The notes beneath the pieces are model-generated. The model saw nothing but the letters and a program-made list of their open reading frames with translations. It did not search any database and was not told the DNA's origin. The position numbers and the translations under genes are program-made. A stretch of 64,000 bases of DNA from the human T2T-CHM13v2.0 reference genome, Homo sapiens. The stretch lies in the NCBI GenBank assembly GCA_009914755.4, contig CP068257.2, positions 22,848,001 through 22,912,000 of the forward strand, given 5' to 3'. Each line of letters opens with the position of its first letter. The stretch's first letter is position 1. Of the stretch, positions 55,601-64,000 are shown piece by piece.

Positions 55601-58192
55601 AAAAGACATCATTCATGGTTGGAGTCACTGGACCTGGTTAATATGTACCAAAAGGAAACAGAAAAAGCAGTTCTGGTGGCTACATCTTGCAAGTACTAGA
55701 CCAGAATATAAAGCTGGATGAGAGAGACTTTGATGATATGAAGTACTAGGGTTTAAAGGGAACACCGAACTCAGTGGATTGCAAGAGCATCTGACATCAG
55801 CCCTACTGTGCTTTAGGCATGGCTCTTGGAAATATGACAGACCACAGTACATAGTGTGAAGTTTCTAGACCTGCCCTGATACAGTGTTGTGGAACCAATA
55901 TAAAGACTGAGTCACTGGACAAGCTAGAGTGACTGTGTACTTCAGGATTAACAAAAACATTAGTTTCACTAAGTTTATAAAGATTGAAATTTTTACAGGC
56001 TTAACAGTGGCTGTTGTCTATAGGCCAAGAAGGATTAGCAAGTAATGCTCTTATGAAACAAATGTTGAAGATGATATACAATTCTAGAAGAGCAAAGGAA
56101 AGGTGGTAGCATGTAATCAGTACAGAGAGATAAGGACCAACATAATTTCCATGCCAGTTATCAGCAACTCAACAGCTGAGGAACTCTATTATGTAGGAAT
56201 CTAAGATCATGGATGAGCTATCATCACAGTTTTTAGGGGAACTATAGAAAGGCTTCCAATAAGGATTTTTGTACATGTACATATATATTCAGAAAGCAGC
56301 TAATGTGGAGAAGCAGAAGGTCGATGTCAGCCACTCCAGTGGAAATTTCAATCACTCATCTACTTTCCAAGCTTGAGCCAACTTTCAGACTGAGAGTCCA
56401 ATAATTAAAGCAGAAGCTCTGTTTTTCTGAGAAATGACCTGATGGCAGAGCAAATATATACTGTAAAGATAATTCTCTTCCTCTACTCAAAGTGTCTGTA
56501 GCCGCAGGTACATATGGAAAAGGGAGCACCCACATTTTTTGATATAGTGTGTGAATTGAAGGAAAGTCAACTTTTACCATAGCCTCCCTTCAAGAGTGGG
56601 TACATATGAAAATCAGGTAATAAATTTAGTTTAACCACGAATTCATTTCACAATGGGTCCAATGAGTCCATATATGCACAATAAAACTTTATTTCCTGAA
56701 TTCATAATTTAGATATACATACATAGTAACTGGCAGAACACTCACTCTAGTTCCTTGAAATGTGAATGAATAATAATTGTCATAGGAAAGGTCAAGGAAA
56801 AGACTGAAAAATGTCTTTATACCACAGCCAAGAGACTTCATAAAGCAATATTGCCTTCCAGATACAATAGAAGAGATCAGTGCCATTTTTAAAAACCTAA
56901 AAAGTTGCAGAGGCAGTTTCTACTGTATTCTCATTTCAGTCACTTGTGTGGCCACACAAAAATCAAATACATGATGGCAGATTGCAGTGAACTCTAGGAC
57001 ACATACCCAAATGGTAGACATACAAAGCTGTTCTGACAAGTGTGATATTACTGGAATGGGTAGACTTGGGTATGTGATACGTGTTAATTCTTATTTTTAG
57101 TTGCAGAATTATAATTAGACACTTTTTTATAAATTTAAGATTTTGGTTAAAAATAATATATTTGCTTAAACATAAAACACAGTATGTATTTTTTTATTGC
57201 TACAGGTGACGATGTTTCTCCAGTTTATAGTGATCAAATTTTGTTATCCATTGAGTTCTAGGAAAGTCTTGAATTTTAATGTTTTTAGACAGAAAGTTTC
57301 AAAGGCATCTTTATTGTCAATAAGCTCTTCAGCTTGGATAAAAGGTAAAAACTAATAAAGGATTCCATTTACATTTGTTATGTCTCACAATTTGTATTTT
57401 CTTGGATCCAGGCAAAATGTTTAAAAATCTAGTTAAACTCATTACATAAATTTATACATAACATTTTTTCTAACTTTGTTTGTCAAGATAATCTTATAAA
57501 CAATGTATAAATAAAATATAATATACTAATCTCAGGAATTGATGCCACATCCTGAAAATATTAGCTGAAAATACCTGGAAATAAATGTGCAAAGTTCTAT
57601 GCATTACAAGAAAGAAGCATGTTTAGATAAAATTAACTAGGTTGTTATAAATACCATCTTCAAAATTATTGTTAACCCTACTAAAGGTTATAAAATGTTT
57701 TTATTAAAATTTATTCAATCATTTACCAGAGTAATAAGCAAAGTAATTGTCATACATGTAAATATAGAATTTACAAAATTAAATATTCAAAATATGAAAA
57801 TGAAACATTAACTGCAAATTGTATAGCATTCTTTCATTTATTTAACCTCTCTGACCAAAGCAAGCTCGTTCATGTTTGTCAAGCAATTGTTCTTTGACTT
57901 TTTTGAACTTGGTTAAAATGGCACTTTAATGAAATAATGTGGGCATAAAATGGAAAACAATAATTAAAGGCTTTTCTTCAATTATACATTATTAGTACCT
58001 AGTTTTTCCTTCACTTAATGTTTACCTTTCCAAGGCTAAGACCAGAAGACATCTGGAGACTCTAAGGAGAGTACTAGATCTGTCAAATATTTCAATATAT
58101 ACAGCTCTCATTCTTCTTTTCCCAATAACCTAGTGTAATTTTAGTAAAACAAAATTAATAGTATTCAGTTATAGACATTTTAAGCCTACTGG

Positions 58193-58234
58193 TGTGTGTG
58201 TGTGTGTGTCTGTGTTTGTCTGTGTGTGTGTGTG
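58193..58234. repeat. Interrupted (TG)n microsatellite
   Basis: tggtgtgtgtgtgtgtgtgtctgtgtttgtctgtgtgtgtgtgtgcatc. Confidence 0.85.
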
Positions 58235-58679
58235 CATCTTGGGCCTATTTTTTAGAGAAAGGAAAGGTAAGAGTTGGTTTATGCTGTGTTTGGTCATATG
58301 CTTACTTAATACTTTTTGTTTGAAACAATAGCCAAATAAATAGATAAATTAATTAAAATGACCAGCTAAATTGTCACACAAACTATATATATAAAGTTAA
58401 AACATGGGTCAACATTCTCTTTCAGGTAATTATGAAGAATAAGCACTCTGTCTCATGGCATATTTCTGGGGAAAAAAAACATAAAAAAGAATTTTAGTTT
58501 TCTAAATTCTGAACTTCAAATCCCTGCCTCCGTGCACAACTACATTATTCCAAAGAATAGCATCTGAAATATTATATTTTGTTAGATCATTATTGATTTA
58601 ATGATGGCATTGGTCAAGATGTAAAGAGCATTCTGTAAACTAGCACACACAGCTCACAGCTTTCAATGTATTTTTTTAA

Positions 58680-58996
<317 letters not shown>

Positions 58997-61141
58997 TCTA
59001 TCTCTTTTCTTATTCTGAGCAGGAAATAAGAAAGCAACTGTGGCAAGATCTGTGAGATGGTAAACAAGTGCCAACATAAACTTAGACATATCTAGTATAA
59101 TCTGTATTCTAATGCTCCAGAAGCTCCATTGTTTTTTATCCTGTCCCTACCCCAATCTTGATGCCCCCTTTTATTCCAGACTCTGCTCTGGAATGAATAG
59201 ATATATTTATGTAGCTTTTGTTAAAGTTCTTGTCAAGTATATTTTATGATAAAAAATTTGCATTAAATTTTCTGTAGGGCATGCAGATACAGCTAAACAT
59301 ACTACTTACAAAACTGTACATTTTAAAGTTGAATGGATCCCTGCTAAGCTACATTGCATTCTGTTCCTGTTTCTTTTTTTTTTTTCTTATTTGGAGAAGT
59401 GGTGACTGAGAAAGAAATATTTCATTGTTGTGGCAATTCCTTGAACACTAGCTTCTTATATTACTTGTAATATGTCAGTCCTAGAGCCATTCTTCCTCGT
59501 GGGAGTTGGCATCACACACATTTATAATGGCAGCAAGAAACCTCAATGTGGATGCTGAACTACACGCCACTTCCCAGCAAAGAGGGGAATACAACCACAA
59601 GAGGAACCTTCTTGACAAAACAAATGCTTCACATTGAAGTTCTTTAAGATGTAGATTTAATTTCCATGGGGAAAGGCTGTATCGACATCAACAGCAGAAT
59701 TTCAAACTGAAATGATGCAGAAATTCACTGCAAGCCAAAATTTCAAAAAGAAAACATGTAGGTCCTTAGTGAGTTATATTTTGCTTTTAGTTAAAGATAA
59801 AAAGAACCCACGGACTTTTTAATGACTGCAAAAAGTTGAATTCACATTAATGTCATACTTTGGAACACCTTGGGTATACTTTCAAGTTGAATAAATTATG
59901 GTTTTTATTCATTTAAGGAATAACCTCTGGACATTTCCAAACCTGTGTCCTTTCTAACGTCATTCCAATCATGTGTAGTAGTTTTCATACAATCCTGGTT
60001 TAGAGGTGGTTGTCTAATTTCTTAGTGACTTTTCCTGAACATTTTTATTTTTTCCAATTATATCCAAAGCTACTGAAAAATATATTTTATGCATTACAAC
60101 AAAGTTAAACTTTAATAATGACCCTGAAAATAGTGGTAGAGTGAATTTAAACATTTGAAAAATATTTTAAGGAAGCAATTATAGAATAAATAAATAGTAA
60201 AAAATATATTTTTGATTTGAAATTCAATGTTCATCTATACATGTATGGTATCTATCTATCAACATTTTCATGAAACTGCCTATCAAAACAAAAAGGACAT
60301 AGCTCATATAAGAGTTAGTGAAAAAGATAGAATTGTTGAGCCCAGTTAAAAGTCTGTAAGTTAATATTTGAGAATAAAACATTTCTTGAAAACCATGTTG
60401 AAATATTCTTTGGATGAAGGTTTCTTAGTCACACTAGACTTTAATCACACTAGACTTCAAGTTCCTTTAATGAAATAACAATTCCTCTTTCAAGACATTT
60501 ACACATTATTTATTCAATCAGAAAACTGTCCTTGGCATATTTTGCCAATCTAACTTATGCTCATTTTTAAAGCATCAACTTAATCAATTATTCCTTAGCA
60601 GAAACTGAAGTGGCCCCAGTGAAATACTCTTCTCAGCAACAGTTCACCTATATTGTCCACTGCCTTAGAGCTGTGGTTTGATAGTTGATTTTGCTAACTG
60701 AATATAATAGAAGTGACACTGCATGGCCCTTGAGGTGAGATAAGAAGAAGTCTTACAGATTCCTCCCTGGTCTTCTAATGTGCTCTATGGATCCAGTTAC
60801 TATAATATAAAAGAGCATATGAAACCTCAGGAAGAAGCTCCCATGAAGAGGAAAAAAATATTCTGATCAAAAGTCTAGTTGAGCTCACAATTAAAAAACA
60901 GCCTTACCCATTAGGGATGTGAGGGGGCAATATTGGAAAACACTCCAGTTCCAGCTGGGATCTTCCTGCTGACATTATATTGAGAAGCAATAAGCTTATT
61001 TCTAACAAGCATTACCCAATCTGAGAATTATAGGCACAAGAAACGATTATTATTTTAAGCATTGGAGTATTTGCTTTAGGAAATTGTTTAAACAATAGTT
61101 AAAAACAAACAAACAAACAAAAAATCTCAAATATACTTTTC

Positions 61142-61433
61142 TTTTTTTTTTTTTTTTTTTGAGACAGGGTCTTGCTCTGTCACCCAGGCTGGAGTGCAAT
61201 GGCGTGATCTTGGCTCACTGCAGCCTTGATCACCTGGGCTTCAGCAATTCTTCCTCAGCTTCCAGAGAGCTAGGACTACAAGCCTGAGCCACAATACCTG
61301 CATTTCTTTTTTCTTTAATGTAGAGACAGGGTCTCACTTTGTTTTCCAGGCTGGTCTCCAATCTTGGGGCTCAAGCAATTGTCCCACCTCAACCTCCCAT
61401 GCTGGGATTACAGGTGTGAGCCATGATGCCCAA
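61142..61433 (-). mobile_element. Alu, antisense
   Basis: tttttttttttttttttttgagacagggtcttgctctgtcacccaggctggagtgcaatggcgtgatcttggctcactgcagcc...cccatgctgggattacaggtgtgagccatgatgcccaa. Confidence 0.9.
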
Positions 61434-61625
61434 TTGTAATATACTTATTTCATAGCAACATATACTTATCCATCATATAACTTTTTAAATATTAAAATGT
61501 GTACTTTTATCTGAACATGATTAGGACGTGGATATTTTTTGGAGAGGAAGGAATTATTCAGCTTACCACAATAGGGTCTGTATTTCATTGGAACCGTAAT
61601 TAAGAAATTCTTTAAAATTCTAGCT

Positions 61626-61910
61626 GGAAGCGGTGGCTCACGCCTGTAATCCCACACCTTGGGAGGCCGAGGTGGGCGGATTACCTCTGGTCAGGAGTTT
61701 GAGACCAGCCTGATCAACATGGTGGAACCTCTCTCTTAATAAAAATTTAAAAAAAATTAGTTGGGCATGGTGGCAGGTACCTGCAGTGCTAGCTACTTGG
61801 GAGGCTGAGGCGAGAGAATTGCTTGAACCTGGAAGGGGAATGTTGCAGTGAGCAAAGATCACTCCACTGAACTCCAGCCTGGACGACAGAGCAACACTCC
61901 ATCAAAAAAA
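61626..61910 (+). mobile_element. Alu, sense; forms an inverted pair with 61142..61433
   Basis: ggaagcggtggctcacgcctgtaatcccacaccttgggaggccgaggtgggcggattacctctggtcaggagtttgagaccagcctgatcaacatggtg...ctccagcctggacgacagagcaacactccatcaaaaaaaa. ORF 61638..61862 is Alu-derived. Confidence 0.95.
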
Positions 61911-64000
61911 ATATATTCTTTATAATTCTGCCTATCACCAAGAAGTCTCACTGTACTGGCTATACTCAGTGCTCAGGAAATATCAAGGGATGGATAGCAC
62001 ATTTGAAATGATACTTGCAAACCTATTTGAGAAACACTGGTTGTCCAAGGTCAAAGGCTTTGCTTTGAGTTCTCATGGCCATTATGTCCACTCCAACAGA
62101 AACATACATTCCCATGGGATCGCATTACTAAATATACTCTGCATCTGGACTTCTCACTCCTTAACCTTGATTCTGCTCTTTAAATAGTCTGATAAAGCCA
62201 AATAATATACAAGTGTGTTGCTCTATGCCTACGCTTATCAACAATAGGTTCTGTGGCCTTTTTCAAATATAAAACCTAAAAACATTCTGCATGACCTTCA
62301 GCCCAGAGATCCAGTTTACTAGAAAAAACAGCCATGTAAGGATGGTCTTTAGGCTCAATGGAGGGATCTTACTGTTAACCGCAAACACTCAGAAAACTCC
62401 ACTAAATTTATGTTTCCCAATTAAAACTTCACCTATTTACCTCCAAGATTTCCCTGCTGATGGTAGATCTAAAATGCAGATTTCTTCAGGTATTCCCAGA
62501 ATTACAAGTCATAACTAGGGAAAAACCTCTTCCAAGTAACTTAGATAGTAGGAGATTATTAGAAATGAAATTTTTCTGCCCAAGAGCTTCAGATAGAGAC
62601 ACACAAACGCCAGTATTCACTGATAATTAGATTCTCCTTTGTTTCTTTATCTTCTTTTCTATGTTTATTTTTCCTTCTTTCTATTCATTTAATGTTTTTG
62701 AGGGTTACATGATATTCTTAAGAGCTTTACCCTTAAACTTGTTACTTTGTATATCAGGGGGATATGCTGTATTAAATAGACCTACTAATATCAAAGCTCT
62801 TTTTCTGACAGACTTTTTATTGGGATCGAATATGTTCTCTTTGATGATTTCAGGTTGGAAAGAATCTTGGTTTAAAGAGATTATTCAAGACTTTCTAATA
62901 ATTCTAATTTTCATTCTTCTTGTATTCATAGGGCTTTTTAAAATTCACTTTTTCCAGTGTCTTAAAGTATTCCATATAACAACTCATTTGATAACTTATG
63001 GAAATTCAACCACAATGAGTACAAGTCATGAGAAGTTTGATGGCAGCTGTCACCAATAAATCTGAAAGTTCAATTGACCCTAGTGGCACAGATTTGAAGG
63101 AATTAACAATATTTGTTAAATAATAAGACTCAATCCCTTCTCTGACAAAAAGGAGTTATTGTAGGAGACTCTGGAAGACTGAAAAATTACCGCTTGGCCA
63201 CCTACCTGCTTCCTCTTGACTTTGGTCCATATGGCTTGTCCTCCCACTCTGATATTTGCATAATCTTAACCTCTAACCCAACCTTCTTGCTAAAACTATA
63301 TTACCCAAACAAACAGCAGTTAAAGCCCAAAATAATTATTTCTTCTGAGACCCATATTTGACCAAACATTCCCCCAAAGTAGCTTAACATCTGCTAAAAC
63401 CTTTGGCAAAGCCCCAAGAACATTTTAACCACCCTCTCCCAAGTTAGTACACACCTTTGAGGTATTTTGCAAGCTGCTATATTCTGAATAAAGGCTTATG
63501 GTTGACGACATATCAGTTTCTTTTTTTCCATGAATATCAACTTTTATAGCCTTAAAGAGCACACATGACACACTACTAAATGAGGACATTATCTTTTATT
63601 GTGTGTCTAGTCTGAGAATAATGTTTAATTAAACTGTTTCAGATGTTTGAAGATGAGTAATAGAAAATTTGTATATTTAACTGGAATAACTAAAAATATC
63701 TAATAAATTCACATTTCTTTCCATTAATATAAATCAGGAGCAACTTAGGGTAAGCACAAGACTAACCACAAATTTAGTAATAGGAATAATTCACTTTTTT
63801 ACTGAGCTTTTGCTGTGAGCTAGGTCCTGTGCTAACTATCTGAACATGCAATTTCTCATTTAATTACCTTGATGCAAAGTATCACAGGGTCATTTTTCCC
63901 CAAAGTGATAATAATGCCATGATGACAATTTACACTAAGCATGTTTGCAACCATTTGCTTGGCATTTTAGCCAACATGGCATTTGTATAGTGTCATTGTA

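Noticed and set aside
62661-63059. 132-aa plus-strand ORF in non-repeat sequence near the window end
   Set aside because: AT-rich and dominated by F/L/I codons (typical of random ORFs in AT-rich DNA). There is no recognisable domain, no splice or Kozak context I can support, and no adjacent ORFs. Treated as chance.

Overview
This window is primate (almost certainly human or ape) nuclear DNA from an AT-rich (~36% GC by eye), gene-poor region. It is not a prokaryotic or viral locus, and I find no novel defence system, operon, CRISPR array or other undescribed biological system. By eye, roughly 40-50% of it is recognisable interspersed repeats: about 17 Alu elements, which are the source of every long ORF with Alu-like translation; at least 10 L1 fragments of different ages; three THE1/MST-type MaLR LTRs; several MLT1-like MaLR LTRs including one apparently complete LTR-internal-LTR element; an ERV9 LTR12 fragment; a Tigger (pogo-like) DNA-transposon remnant; and numerous microsatellites and homopolymers. 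I see no CpG island, no convincing protein-coding exon, and no rRNA or tRNA. Every ORF of 100 aa or more in the supplied track is explained by Alu, L1 ORF2, Tigger transposase or tandem-repeat sequence, except 62661..63059 and 41345..41746, which I reject as unsupported. The most interesting structures are repeat architectures: (1) an old L1 at 9225..10855 with a twin-priming-like 5' inversion, later hit by two Alus, one with a perfect 11-bp target-site duplication; (2) a MaLR LTR at 14960..17030 split by a 1.6-kb L1 insertion; (3) a nested Tigger / (GT)n / L1PA / THE1 cluster at 42.8-45.8 kb; (4) a roughly 1-kb, relatively GC-rich, internally duplicated segment at 41330..42350 that I cannot assign to a known family; (5) a palindrome-initiated AT-rich minisatellite at 22177..22393; and (6) an LTR12 promoter-region fragment. 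Coordinates are from manual counting and may be off by a few bases, and repeat-family names are from memory of consensus sequences. Old MIR/L2 elements and diverged repeats are probably under-called.
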